From NCBI RefSeq assembly GCF_006345805.1, contig NC_043007.1, positions 4,030,001-4,094,000 of the forward strand: DNA of 64,000 nt. The letters are read 5' to 3'. Shown here piece by piece: positions 1-12,950 of this stretch (the stretch's first letter is position 1; every line of letters starts with the position of its first letter). The notes under the pieces were generated by a model, which searched no databases, was not told where the DNA came from, and saw only the letters and a list, made by a program, of their open reading frames with translations. This stretch comes from Octopus sinensis (lineage: Eukaryota). The position numbers and the translations under genes are program-made.

Positions 1-556
1 TATTATTGTTGATATATATAGAGAGCCTATGACTGTATACAAATAGTATAACTGGTATGCCGCAATGATACATACTACTAAATATGAATTAGATGTAGTG
101 CTTGTGTTGTAACTATCGACCAGACAGACTCAGTGTATGTGTTCTGTTTGTTTGCTGGTAGGCTGTGGTTTGGCACAGTGCAAACAAACAAATGATTGAG
201 TTTTGGGTGGATTGTCTACCATGCTGTCAATTTGGTCACCTGTTTGGTTATCATTATGGTCATAAGTGGAAATAATTACATGCAATTAACGTATGAAACC
301 AGCCACCCAAGTCAAATTAGCTATACAATGCTCATTATGGAATTTATATAAGAACATACTTTCCATCGGTAAACATTTACAGTGCATAGCTGTTCATTAC
401 ATTGTTGATTATTCTAAGACTATTGTTCAGATGCACAAAGTTGAATACTATATTCTGGATTAGAAGCTCAAAAAATGGTTTCAGTTTCTTTTCTGAAGTT
501 GAAATTTTATAAGATTTTTTAATGGATGCTAGTAATGCATTCCATATTTTAGAACC

Positions 557-902
557 TGCCAGCCTCGCCTGGCCCCCGTGTCGGTGGCACATAAAAAGCA
601 CCATCCATTCGTGGCCATTGCCAGCCTTGCCTGGCCCCCGTGCCGGTGGCACATAAAAAGCCCCATCCGATCATGGCCGTTTGCCAGACTCGTCTGGCAC
701 CTGTACTGGTGGAACGTAAAAAGCACCCACTACACTCATGGAGTGGTTGGCGTTAGGAAGGACATCCAGCCGTAGAAACATTGCCAGATCAAACTGGGCC
801 TGGTGCAGCCTTCTGGCTTCCCAGACCCCAGTTGAACCGTCCAACCCATGCTAGCATGGAAAGCGGACGCTAAATGATGAAGATGATAATGATGATGATA
901 AT
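557..902 (+). mobile_element. RTE-type 3' tail repeat (family A) with three ~62-bp internal tandem units and (GAT)n tail
   Basis: The unit TGCCAGCC..GGTGGCAC(A/G)TAAAAAGC recurs at about 557, 618 and 681, followed by ...GGAGTGGTTGGCGTTAGGAAGG...CCAACCCATGCTAGCATGGAA...GATGATG. The same sequence recurs more than 10 times in the window and is joined to RTE coding sequence at 4161-5010. Confidence 0.85.
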
Positions 903-1505
903 GTGCAAAGCTTCTTTTTCTCATATGAGAACTGGTACAAGGTCAAGATGATTGCAAGAGGTTGTCTAAACAAGCAGTCAAAAATGCTCATACTTAGGTA
1001 CATGAGAACCAGATTTTTTACGAGTATGTATGTTTCTATCAATAATCAATGTAAGCTGTTCATTTTGGAGGACGTAAACCTTTTGTCTTGGCAATAACAC
1101 TGGATGTTCTCAATCTTCTTGATCTTCTATTTGGATCTCTTTTTCCCATTCTTTTTTGTCATCTTGTATTTATGAATTAGGAAAACAAAATTTTTCAGTC
1201 TCTGAAATAGCTCAAAATGGCTACAGCAGACAAATGTTTTTATTACTTTTGTTATTAATTTGTCGAGACGTTGGAATTTATAATGGCAAAGATTTTCAAT
1301 ATATCTCTCCTTTTCCAAACAAACACAGTTACCTTAGAGATAAATTACAACATCTTTTCCCTCTGTTAATGCAGATGTATTGCATTATTTATTCTCTGTA
1401 TAACTAATAAATTTTATTCCAAGTAGAGATATTTACAATTTCTGTTTCCATTTCATTTTTTTTAATAAATCATTCCTCTTATTTTTGTTCTTGTATTCTT
1501 ATTAA

Positions 1506-1690
1506 GTGGCAATAATGAAGACGGCTCAGTACATAAGGCAAAATGCTGAGTGGCAGTTTGCTTGTCTTTACGTTCTGAGATCAAATGCTGTCAAGATCAG
1601 CATTGCTTTTCATTCATTTGGGGGCCGATTAAACATGCACCAGTTGAGCACTGTGGTTGATGTAATTGACTATATATTGGTAGTGGTTGG
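1506..1690 (+). mobile_element. Decayed tRNA-derived SINE (family C)
   Basis: CGTTCTGAGATCAAAT...TTTCATTCATTTGGGGCCGATTAAACATGCACCAGTTG matches the cleaner copies at 41805 and 59172. Confidence 0.7.
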
Positions 1691-1756
1691 ACAGAGAAAA
1701 GTGTGGTTCATATATGTATGTATGTATGCATGCATGTATAAATATATATATATATA

Positions 1757-2033
1757 TTGCCAGCCTCGCCTGGCCCTCGTGCCGGTGGCACATAAAAAGT
1801 ACCATCTGTTCGTGGCCGTTTGCCAGCTCTGTCTGGCACCAGTGCGGGTGGCACGTAAAAAGCACCCACTACACTCACGGAGTGGTTGGCGTTAGGAAGG
1901 GCATCCAGCCGTAGAAACACTGCCAGATTTGACTGGGCCTGGTGAAGCCTTCTGGCTTCACAGACCCCAGTAGAACCGTCCAACCCATGCTAGCATGGAA
2001 AACGGACGCTAAATGATGATGATGATGATGATG

Positions 2034-2034
<1 letters not shown>
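1757..2034 (+). mobile_element. Family A RTE-type tail repeat
   Basis: Near-identical to 618-902; ends in (GAT)n followed by (AT)n. Confidence 0.85.
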
Positions 2035-2067
<33 letters not shown>

Positions 2068-2245
2068 GTATAAATGTAGGGTCCAAGGATCCAGATGTAG
2101 GAAGTTAGTAAGCTTCAAGCAGTCTGTAGAAGGTGTAAAAAAATCAACTTTCAGGAACAATAGTGGTTTATTGGTGCAGAAGGCTGTAAATTTTTCCTAT
2201 ATCGAAGTTTAATAAGCTGAAAAAAGTAATTTTATAGTTCACGGT

Positions 2246-2284
2246 TAGCACTATGACCTGGCAACGCCGGGTCATAGTGCTAGT
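2246..2284. repeat. Helitron-like terminal hairpin TAGCACTATGACC..GGTCATAGTGCTAGT
   Basis: Inverted repeat ending in CTAGT; the same motif occurs as a perfect hairpin at 29692-29732. Confidence 0.55.
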
Positions 2285-2289
2285 TATTA

Positions 2290-2465
2290 TTGTTAAGGCT
2301 GTGATCTGGTAGAGTTCAAATTCTACCAAGGTTGACTTTGCCTTTCATCCTTTTGGGGGGGGGGGTCGATTAAATAAGTACCAGTTGTGCACTGGGGTTG
2401 ATGTAATTGACTTTATCCCTTCCCCCAAATTTGAGAGCTTGTGCTTCTAGTAGAAAGAATTATTA
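2290..2465 (+). mobile_element. Family C SINE (5' decayed)
   Basis: GAGTTCAAATTC..GGTTGACTTTGCCTTTCATCCTTTTGGGG..GTCGATTAAATAAGTACCAG core. Confidence 0.75.
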
Positions 2466-2609
2466 TTATTATTTGTATAAATATGAAAATATTGAGCTAT
2501 CAGCATGAAGTATTATGCTTCAAATTCAAATTTTGCTAGGGTCAACTTCACTTTTAATTTATAAGGATTCATAAAGTAAGTACCAGTGTTGTACAAGGGT
2601 CAGTTCAGT

Positions 2610-3100
2610 TAACTAAACTTCTTTTCTACAGTTTTGTAGATTTCTACCAAAGTTAATACCTTCTGTATACCTGACTCAGTTTCCTTCTTTAAAATTTGTG
2701 GCCATGTGCCAATGAAGGAATTACCTCGTTGACTAGTAGTATATAATTGGTAACTTGATGGACAAAATACTTTGTGCTTTTTAGATACAGTTTTATGTTT
2801 TGTTGATGCACAAAGAACAACTTTACTCCTCATCCAATCAGAATCAATAAAATAATTAAGAACCAAGAGGCTTTTATAATTATCTGCATCTCATTCTCTC
2901 CAAACTTTACGGTTTTTGTGTCTTTGTTAGAAAACATTATTTTTATTATCATCTCATCACCAAAGACTTGGTCTTTGGATATATTTGTGCCAATTTCTTC
3001 AAAATAATATGTATTAACTACATTTAAGCCCCACAGCATAAAACCTGGTATTTGTTTTTCTTTTTGCTGTAATATAAATAAAACATTGCTAGTAAGAAGT
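2610..3100 (-). pseudogene. Possible decayed pogo/Tigger-like DDE transposase remnant
   Basis: Two adjacent ORFs in different frames. RKVWRE*DADNYKSLLVLNYF resembles the pogo DDE_1 segment VW...SLLVLD.F, and KYQVLCCGA weakly resembles the Tigger 'TVLLC.NA' motif. Resemblance judged by eye only. Confidence 0.3.
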
Positions 3101-4160
3101 GTCAATTATTTCAATCAACCGTTACTACAGAAGCATCTTGATAAACACGAGCGTTTATGATTATACCTTCACATTGCAATTTTAGTTTTACTCCATGCAT
3201 TAAATTAACATGTTAGATACACAACCTGTGTTCATTCGCCATTCAATTGTAGAGAAGAGATATTCAATAAACAGTGGCATCTCTTATGGGAAATCTTATT
3301 ATATCTTAAAAATAGAGTCTTAAGAAACTGAACAAATCTATCTGAAATATCTCATTAGCTTTCTACAATTTTCTAGAGATATTCACTGAACACTGCATCG
3401 TAGATTTTATCTTTGATAGAATATACACAAATATATACACAGATATATATATATAACAGAAACGCATGCACTTTTCCCTTCTTTCTCTTGTTCCTCCACC
3501 TCTCTCTCTCTCTCACTTGCACTCACTTGTAGATACATATCTATTTTGATTCTGGGTTGAACACTGTTTTTACTTGTACTGCTTATGTATTGGAAAAGCA
3601 TGAATGTCACAATGTCAACTTCTCTTTCCCTGGAACGACATCCATTATGCCCATGTGAGGAACTTCTACATTACAATTATCAGAAATAACAGAGAGATTA
3701 AAAGCTAGATTTAACTTTACCTTTCAACTCTCAGGAGTTGATAATATAACAAATATATTAGAGTCAATTTGATCAACAATTTAATGAATGTCATTCATAT
3801 ACAAAATTTAGTGAAACATGAAATCATGAGATATCACTTATTGTTGTATAGAGAGCTGTAGAGAAGGAAGGAAGCTTCCAACAAAGTGAGACTGCAAATT
3901 GGTTTCTTTCTCGCGTTCAATGTATTCTACTGTTAATACTTTTAAGAAAGGTGTGGATGTCACAAGATCTTATTTCCCTTCCCCAATAAACATAGAGCTG
4001 TGTAGCTAGTTACATAGAGACATTATTATTTTGCTTGTTTTACTCACTCTAATTCGTTGTTTGTAATTCATCACTTACTGGGCTATCATCTGGAGATGTG
4101 ACATGTCAAGTGAAAACTAGCATGTTATGAGTTATGTATGTATGGAATAAGTAGGCAATC

Positions 4161-5010
4161 ATCATCATCATCATCATCATTTAGCATCCATTGTCCGTGC
4201 TGGTATGGGTTGGATGGTTTGACCAGGGCTGACAAGCTGGAAGGCTGCACTAGACTCCAGTCTGATTTAGTATGATTTCTATGACTGGATGCCCTTCCAA
4301 ACAACCAACCACTCCGAGAGTGTAATGGGTGCTTTTACATGCCATTTGTGTGACACCAGTATCTGCCACAACTGCAATTTTACTTGGTTTGATAAGTCTT
4401 TTTCTTAAGACCTTTGCCATTATGTCAAAGGTCATTGCCTCTGTGAGGCCCAACACTCAAAAGGAGCTCAGCCACTTTGCCTCCATGAGGACCAACGCTT
4501 GAAAGGTGCTTGTTACATGCCACCAGCATGGGTACCAGGTACATGATACCAGCATGGGTACCAGGTACATGATACCGGCATCAGCCACAGCTATGATTTC
4601 ACTTGGATTGTCGGGTCTTCTCCAGTACAGCATATCGGAAAATGTCTCAGTCACTAGTCATTGCCTCTGTGAGCCCAAAGTTCAAAGATCATGCCTCACT
4701 ACCTTGTCCCATGTCTTCCTGGGTCTACCTCTACCACAGGTTCCCTCCATAGCTAGAGATCAGCACTTCTTTACATAGCTGTCCTCATCCATATGCATCA
4801 CATGACCATACCAGTGCAGTCATCTCTCTTGCACACTGCATCTGATGTCTCTTATGCCTAACTTTTCTCTCAAGATGCTTACGCTCTGTCAAACATGCAC
4901 ATCCAGCGAAGCACACTAGTTTCATTTCTTTCAAGCCTACGCATGTCCTCAGCTGTCACAGCCTAATCTCATTCTCACAGCTATGCTCTCAGAGCATCCA
5001 CCTCTGCTGC
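4161..5010 (-). mobile_element. RTE-clade LINE 3' fragment (RT C-terminus plus 3' UTR and (GAT)n tail)
   Basis: The minus strand encodes decayed AEDMRRLERNE..LRWMC..REKLGIR..WYGHV...GTCGRGRPRKTW motifs typical of RTE ORF ends, continuous with a family A tail. Contains a 26-bp tandem duplication at 4522-4573. Confidence 0.8.
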
Positions 5011-5529
5011 TAACTTGGCAAAGCTAAAATAAAACCTTTAACAAGACATTTGCAATAATATAGACACAATCTTTGGATCAGCTTTTCATGCCAGTGTTAT
5101 ATGAAGAATGTGGGTAATGCTGCCCTGAAATTTATTTATTTAAAAAAAATTCTGATTAACTTGCAATTGCCAACTATTTTCTGTTGCAATAGTCATTACC
5201 TTTTTTTCTTCATTAACTTGTGTGATAATTACTTTTCATATTATTACTGAGAAGTAATATTTAACCACATTTAAACATGGATGTTCTGTTAGATCAAACT
5301 CTACTGTGGTAGATACCATGAGAGATACTGTTGTATTGGCTTTTGGTCCAAAATGCATTCTTTTATATATTTCTAGCCTAGGATAGTTTGTTCTAACACA
5401 ACTTCCACATTTAAGTGGGGTTAAATATTTCCTCTTGGTGCTAACACTGCCTCTGTTACTAATATCTATTTAGTTTTATTACTATTTCCAGCTGTCAGAG
5501 TTTTGGTATTTCTTTTTCTAAGTGCTTAT

Positions 5530-5915
5530 TCTTTTATTCTTTTACTTGTTTCAGTCACTTGATTGTGACCATGCTGGAGCACGGTCTTTAGTCGAACAAA
5601 TTGACCCCAGGACTTATTCTTTGTAAGCCTAGTATTTATCCTATTCATCTCTTTTGCCAAACCGCTAAGTTACGGGAATGTAAACACACCAACATCGGTT
5701 GTCAAGCAATGGTGGGGGAACAAACACAAACATGCACATATACACACAGACACACACAACAGGATTCTTCCAGTTTCCGTCTATCATATACACTCACAAG
5801 GCTTTGGTCAGCCTGAGGCTATGGCAGAAGACACTTACCCTTGGTGCCACACAGTAGGGCTGAACCCAGAACCATGTGGTTGGTAAACAAGCTACTTACC
5901 ACACAGCCACTCCTG
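5530..5915 (-). mobile_element. tRNA-derived SINE (family B, internal (TG)n, (GAGTAAAA)-like tail)
   Basis: Reverse complement of the GGAGTGGCTGTGTGGTAAG...GGTTCAG.CCCACTG head and GCTCCAGCATGG..GAAACAAGTAAAAG tail; homologous to 27617-28035. Confidence 0.85.
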
Positions 5916-6769
5916 CATTTGTACATGTCTAATTCTTGAAAGTCATACAAGGAATTGATATATCTCTCAGGTCAGCATGCTTCATCTATATTTTTTAAAA
6001 AATTACGCCCATTTAGCTTGTCTTGATCTATAATATAGTTCCCTCTCTGACTTGTTTGACAGGATTTCATACCAGGCAGCTGTGTGAAGACTCTCAACAT
6101 ACTAATAATTCCAGGATATATATGACTAACCTTATTTTTACATTTTAACTGGGGCTGTTTGATTTTCTTTAAACTGGATATAGAGCTACTATTTAGAATT
6201 TACACCTGCTTTGATTATATTTGACCGCTTCTGCATTGAACCCTAATTTATCATTATTGGTGCCAGGGTAGACTGGCAGACTGGCAGACTGTAGAGTGTC
6301 AGGCAAAATATTTTTTAGCCTTCAGTTATGAACTTTTACATTCTGAGTTCAAATCATATTTATGTTGACTTCACCTTTCATCCTCCCCATTGATTTTATG
6401 TAAGGTACATAGCTTAGTGATTAGGGTATTGAGCTCATGATCACATAAAACCATGGGTTTGATTTCTGGACCAGGGGTGTATTGAGTCCTTGAGTAAGGC
6501 ACATCATTTCAGGTTGTTCCAGTCTGCTCAGCTACCCATGAGCATCAGTTATATACTGGGGCTGCTGTCCCATCTCTCTCTCTTCAGCTGCCATATTCTC
6601 AGTATTCTGTTGAATCTGAGCATATTTCACCAAATCATACTGGCTTGTGAGTGACAGCTGTGGTTATGGCATCTTTATGTCCAAGTGTTAACTGGAAAAT
6701 GAAGACTTGAAACCAAGTATTTCTTCAGAGTAATACTAGTTTCAAACAATACAAATGCTTTTTATCTTT

Positions 6770-7110
6770 TCCTTGCTTCAGTCATTGGAGTGCAGCTTTG
6801 AAAGATTTAGTCAAACAATTCAACCTCAGTACTTAGTCTTTTCCTTAAGGATGATACTTATCCTATTAGTCTCTCTTGCCAAACTGCTAAGTTATGGAGA
6901 TGTAAACAAACCAACACTGGTTCACAAGTAGTGAGTGGTGATGGGGGACAAACACAAAGACACACACACACAAGCTTCTTTCAGTTTCTGTCTACCAAAT
7001 CCACTCACAAGGCTTTGGTCAATCCAGGGTTATTGTAGAAGACACTTGCCCAAGTTGCCATGCAGTGGGACTGAACAAGAAACCATGTAGTTGGAAAGCG
7101 CACCGCTTGC
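6770..7110 (-). mobile_element. Family B SINE (decayed)
   Basis: CCAAATCCACTCACAAGGCTTTGGTC...GAAGACACTTGCCCAAG...GCAGTGGGACTGAAC. Confidence 0.75.
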
Positions 7111-7429
7111 TACATTTCTGTTTGTTATTTTAGATAGAACAAGTAATTTCTAGGAATTAAATGAATATGGTGGTCATAGCTGTTGAGGTAGTAAACTCTT
7201 ATGGAATGGTACTATTAAAACAATCTAGAAATAAGCAGAGTGTACCAGTAAGAGGGTGAAGACAGTGAAAGAATAAAGATTGACAAGTGAGAGATTTGTT
7301 TGATGCTACCAAGCAAAGAATTTGTGTCTAAGCTAGAGCAATGAGCATAACTTGGTGTCTTACTGGTTTGAACTTGAAGCAATTAGGTGGAAATTTTTGC
7401 ATCTGAAGGGAATGAAGGTGAGTTAATTT

Positions 7430-8370
7430 TCAGAGAAATGAACAGGTTGAATCTGATGTAGAGGCAGAAGAGGGAAGAAATACATTGTTGAATGATTGTA
7501 ATGGATTAGGTGAAGAAGATCAACAGGCACCGAGGAAAATTGTTCAAATCATGGGAAAGAAAGATCTTGGTGCAGAAAAGAATTAATATTGATAGGGCTA
7601 AACAGGAAGAGAGAACCAAAAACAGTAAATAAAATTATCCATCATGTGAACACAAACATTATATAAATCAACAATTTCATAAAAGCAACTAATACATATA
7701 TGGTGAATGGATTACTCTTGAAAGACATCACAAGTGGGATTGAGATGCAAGAATCATGGTGGAATAGAATACAAAGGGGATATAAAAATATTAAGATCTG
7801 ATGTAAATTTATCAGAAAGACAAAAGAAAGGTCAGCTGAAATCCCACGTGAAGTATGTTGATTTAAAAAGAAAACCTAGCTTAAAAAGGGGAGATGTAAC
7901 AAAGGTAATAGAGGATTTTGGCAAAAACATCTGAGATCAAAAGACACAAACAAATAAATAAACCAGTAATAAACTGAACTGTACGTTCAATATGGATCAG
8001 AAAGGGAATATATAAGGAGGTGAATTGAAATGTGAATCAAGGTCATACCAAATGCTTGAGAAAATTAGAAGTTTTAGCGAGAAATTTCGGAATGAAGAAC
8101 AGATTCAAAATACTGAAGCTGAGTGATGAAAAAGACTTAGGAACGGAATAAAAATCAATAAGCAGGAGAATATACATGTTAAAAGGGATGATGGTAAATA
8201 AGCAGTGGAGTGAAATACTCATTTGGAAAGCTCCAGGCCCTGATAGCATTCTTTGCTATTGGTTAAAGATATTCAAATCATTATATGAGAGATTATCAAT
8301 GGAACTGAATGACACAATAAGCAATGTTGTAAATAAGATAGCAGATGGTGCAATGACTGAATGCGGTAAA
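7430..8370 (+). pseudogene. R4/Dong-clade non-LTR element, decayed N-terminal/pre-RT part
   Basis: Frameshifted peptides, including FNMDQKGIYKE and WKAPGPDSILCYWLKIFKSLYERL, match the conserved 'WKAPGPD..GYWLK' motif upstream of the RT in this clade. Confidence 0.7.
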
Positions 8371-8811
8371 CAGTAATGTGAAACTGGTGTTTCGTTATCT
8401 TGCCGAACCTTGGCTTTGTTCCTCTGGTTAATTTAGTACTAATGATTCAGATTTACGTCCATTTTTATCACTGATGTTATAAACTGGGCTTGAAAACATA
8501 TGGCTGCGTCAATGACTGAGCCATACAGAAACAACATGATTGGAGTAAAAGAGAGAAAAACACTAATCAGAGGTAACTCAAACCTCACTGACAGCAGATA
8601 TAGCAGCTCCCCAACAATGCATTAACAACTGCTGTAACAACCCATTAACGATACACTAACGAGCCTTATAATAGTTCTGTTGCATAACACTAACAACAGG
8701 TATTGTGGCTTAGTCACAATGCACTAACAACACCTGCAGCAGCCCAGGGTTAATGCTCTAATAACAACTTAGCCACAATGCTAACAACAATACATTGAAG
8801 CTTAACCTTAC

Positions 8812-8912
8812 CATAACACAACCACACAAATAACAATTGAAAAAGATAACACGTAAAAAATCCATGACCAACATCAAATCATAGTAGATGCTGAAGAGGT
8901 AATGATGAACAC
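8812..8912 (-). CDS. Weak candidate 101-nt exon (VHHYLFSIYYDLMLVMDFLRVIFFNCYLCGCVM)
   Basis: Acceptor tcttcacctttcag| and donor ATG|gtaagg; only one frame is open. No homology recognised. Confidence 0.15.
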
Positions 8913-9064
8913 CTGAAAGGTGAAGACACCTTGATACTTTCAGTTTGAAGTTGGCATGAATTTCTTTAATTTCCACAATTAATGTCATAGGGAAGATACA
9001 AAGGTCGTATTATCTCATTTTCCCAACTACCTTATAGTATACATTTGTTTGTTAAAAGGAAACT

Positions 9065-9328
9065 GTTTGCCCCATTGTGCTGGTGGCATGTAAAAAGCAC
9101 CATCTGAACATGGTCAATGCCAGTGCCCCCTGACTGGCCTCTGTGCTGGTGGCATGTAAAAAGCACCCACTTCACTCTCAGAGTGGTTGTCATTAGGAAG
9201 GGCATCCAGCTGTAGAAACATTACCATATCAGATTGGAGCCTGGTGCAGCCGCTGGCTTTCTAGACCTCAGTCAAACCATCCAACCCATGCCAGCATGGA
9301 AAACAGACGTTAAACGATATTGATGATA
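9065..9328 (+). mobile_element. Family A RTE-type tail repeat
   Basis: GGTGGCATGTAAAAAGCACC twice, then AGGAAGGGCATCCAGCTGTAGAAAC...CCAACCCATGCCAGCATGGAAAACAGACGTTAAACGAT. Confidence 0.8.
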
Positions 9329-12300
9329 TGTAGTTGAATCTTACAAAACCAAGTCAGATAGCATTTCAAAAATATATGTAACCATGTAATTCACTCATAA
9401 TTATAATTTTGATTGAGGAAGTGCATAAATATATGTTGCTGGGGAGACAAGATGAAATAACCTTTTTTTAACCCCTATATTTTTCTGATAAGGATTCAAC
9501 TGGTTGAATTACACTCTAGTGTAATTTCAACTCACACCAGAGTAAGAACATTTCAAAACTTTGAATAGCTGAAACATTCAGTTCAGTTTTGTGTTGTCTA
9601 TGTCACTATAACAATGAAACAGTGTAAATAAATGAGTTGGCAAGGTGCTAGAGATCCAGGTAAGAAGCTTGCAAATAGTATTTTATTATTTGTGTTCTGA
9701 TGATCTCACTGACTTAACTGTTGATATTCAGTTCACTCAGATGTGAGTAGATAGTCATTGCTGTTGTTTGGCTCAGATCAGCCCTAAGTGAGCAGATTAT
9801 GATCAAATGTTCCATCTGTAAGTGCGTTGTGCTTTTGGTATGGTTACAGCAAAAAGACCGCATCTTTTTGTACATCAGGAACTATCTTGTCTGATATAGC
9901 CAATATTTAAGATTATGATTTGAGAAAGTTTTGGCTGCTATTAGTAATAAGTCCTTGATTCGAATTTGCTATATTTTACTTGCATGTAGGTTGTGTTGAG
10001 GGTGAATTATTCATTATTGTAAACCATGGTGACACTGAATAATTAATGAGTTATTTGTTGTTTTGTAGCTTTGAGTTCCGTAGGAAAAAGTCACATGTTT
10101 TACATTGATATTCTAAACAGGAACATTTATCCTTCCTTTTTCTTAATATTATGAAAAGAGGAGACGAGGACTGGCTCACTTGATTGTGAAAATTTATGAT
10201 AGAAAATAATGACAGTTGTGGGTGGAAGATGAAATAATATTTTGCTAGATTAATAGGATGCTCGCTTCTCAGCTGAAAAGTCAGCTGTTCATATTCCACT
10301 AAAAATAATGGGCTGTGAGCATTGATATGACATTTTTGTTGGCTCCATCCATCTAATTGTTAATAGGTCCTATGGTAAATCACTTCTGATCTTTGTAGAC
10401 ACTATAGATAATGACAAATCTACTGTTAGGTTGTAATACTGAGTTCTAAATCCTTTGTGGTGCATTTTCAAGATGGATATGTTTGGCTCTAGATACATTC
10501 GCAAAGTGTATCTAAACAAAGTCTTCAAATAGATGTTGTATGACCTGATGGTTTATGGGGCTTGTTTGTAATGATTAGAGTAATAATCAGGATGTTGATT
10601 TTAATTTTTGTATGCTTGAGTAGTCAAATTTATTGTGGAGCTCCAGTGATAATGTAAAATATTAATTTATTTCTTAAGGGCATTAAATAATTAACTAATG
10701 TATTACTGAGAATCAAAAAACTCAGCCCACAGACAGATAACTTATAAATTATAGTAATTAGTGTATTCATGCTGTCAAAATGACAACTTTTTTTAAAAAC
10801 TTATATTGAATTTATAAGGAATTTTCTTTATAGTTGTTCAGTTTTAATTTTCCTTGATTATCCTCTGTATTATGATGCTTAATCTGTGTTGTGTTTATTT
10901 CACTGTAGTATAACTTTGGAGTTGTATAATAAAAATCAAATGCAATAATTATGATTTTTTTTTTTAGTTTTAGACTTAACTCAAACTAATTAAATTTATA
11001 ATTAATTTGAATTTCTTTTGAAAAAGAAAATTGAATTTTGTTGTTAAAAATTGATGAGAGAATTATATCTCTTAGGCACCAGCTTCAATGCCATGCTCCA
11101 CTTGCCATATATAGCCTTATATAGCCTTATATAGCCTTATGTAGCAATGAGACTGTGTTTGTGCTGAAATGTTACATGGATACAAAGATAAAAACAGACA
11201 AATAACGAGTATAATATAATATTTAAAACTTCTTACATGATTGATTGACTGACATTCCTTTCAACATTGTATTCTAACAAAATCTTATTTTTCCTTACAT
11301 GACCTAAAAAAAAAAGAGAGGAACTGAGAGCCTAAAAGGAATTGACAGATATTGTCTAGCCTAAGACTAACCCTGATACTATGATTGAAACCATTCCAAC
11401 TGTGGTCATCCCATCTTTTTAGAGACATTCAGAACAGTGTGTCAATCATTTTTATGACACTGTGATGTGATTTGAGGGAGATATAGTTGCTAAATCTAGC
11501 AGGCTGAGCTGCTGCATAAAGATTCTGTTGTTGAGGGATGTCTTTACTGGGAATGTATTATTAGCTAATGCAAAGCTCCGATCTTCGATGCTGTGAGAGA
11601 GCAAATTATAAGTAAGTGAGTTCTTGCTTAAGCAGAGGCCAACTGTATGAAAGCACTGTAATATAAATGCTTTTCTTGAGGGCAACAGCATCAAAAGTGA
11701 AATGAAATTAATTGGTTTTAATCAAGAATTAAAACTGGTTCACTTACTGAGTTTGCTATGAACTTAACTGTTACATCATCGTCACACTACTGGTAATTAT
11801 TTCCTTAATTGTTTGGCTTAGGTGGGATGAAAAAAAAAATAAAGATGTCAGAACCTTAGCAAAGCTGATAATTAATACAATGTAATTAGACAGGCAAATA
11901 GTTACTACGATGGTCACCATCTTCCTAAGGAACCAAGACTCAACGTCAGGAATAGAAGGAAATAAGAAGCAGCTGAAGATGAAGTTCGTTCATGTCCACA
12001 TGATTACAGAAACTTCAATAGGACAGAAATCGATAAAAACTTCTCAAGAACTGTTAATCTGTGACCCATCTAATTAGTCAAGGTTATTGTCACAGAATTG
12101 TTATTTTTGTTTCACCAGCCTTTGATGCATGAGTTGGACAAATAGAAGCAAGATGCTGGTGAAGATACCGATCATGAAGGTTTGATGGTGATTTTGCTAG
12201 AATCAGGATTATAATGATGACATTTATCATATTTTTAACTGCAGAGATGATGATGATGATGGTGATAATGAATGATGATAAATAAAGATGATAGAACTGA

Positions 12301-12619
12301 TTGCAATAATGGTAGTGAAGGTTGAGTTGAAGACAATAACAATGATACTGATGGGAATCTAATGTTTCTGACTTCTTATCGTCAAACTGAACATCAAATG
12401 GTTTTGAGTTCAAATCATACTAACTAATGAAGAGTGACTGAGCACTTCATTTGAGCACTGGGATTAAGAGAATCTGGACCAGTAATATACTAGTTGATTC
12501 AATCACTAATATTGGTCTTCTTAAGAATGTTAACTATAGCAAAGACAAAGGCTATTTTTTCACTGATGAATGGCAGTGCTCAACTCTTATAAATTTATGA
12601 TTTAATGTCAATGCAAAAA

Positions 12620-12845
12620 CCATGGAGATGGCAAGCTGGCTGAATCATCAAAGCATTGAGCAAAATGCCTGGCAATGTTGCTTCCAATTCTTTATGCTCT
12701 GAGTTCAAATCCTACCAAGGCCAACTGTGCTTTGCTAGTTTCAGGATCGATAAACTAAAGTACCAGTTAAGCACTGGAGTTGATGGTATCTACTAGCCAT
12801 CTCCCTCCAAAATGTTTGGACTTGTATCTAAATTAAAAACTATCA
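12620..12845 (+). mobile_element. Family C SINE (decayed)
   Basis: GGCAAGCTGGCTGAATC...CTCTGAGTTCAAATCC...GGATCGATAAACTAAAGTACCAG. Confidence 0.7.
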
Positions 12846-12950
12846 TTATTATTATTATCATTATTATTATATTGTCCTTGCACGACTTCTAATGCTGGAG
12901 ATGTACTATGGTGTCAGCTGTTCACTACACGTGAACTAAGGTAACACCCC

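Noticed and set aside
11452-11694. 80-aa minus-strand ORF with ordinary composition
   Set aside because: It overlaps an old dispersed repeat (also at about 9770-9940 and 54710-54770), and no splice signals or family motifs were found.
11900-12360. Acidic, protein-like + strand stretch (YDGHHLPKEP..., D/N-rich)
   Set aside because: Multiple stops, no recognisable motif, and largely degenerate (GAT)n; cannot be assigned.
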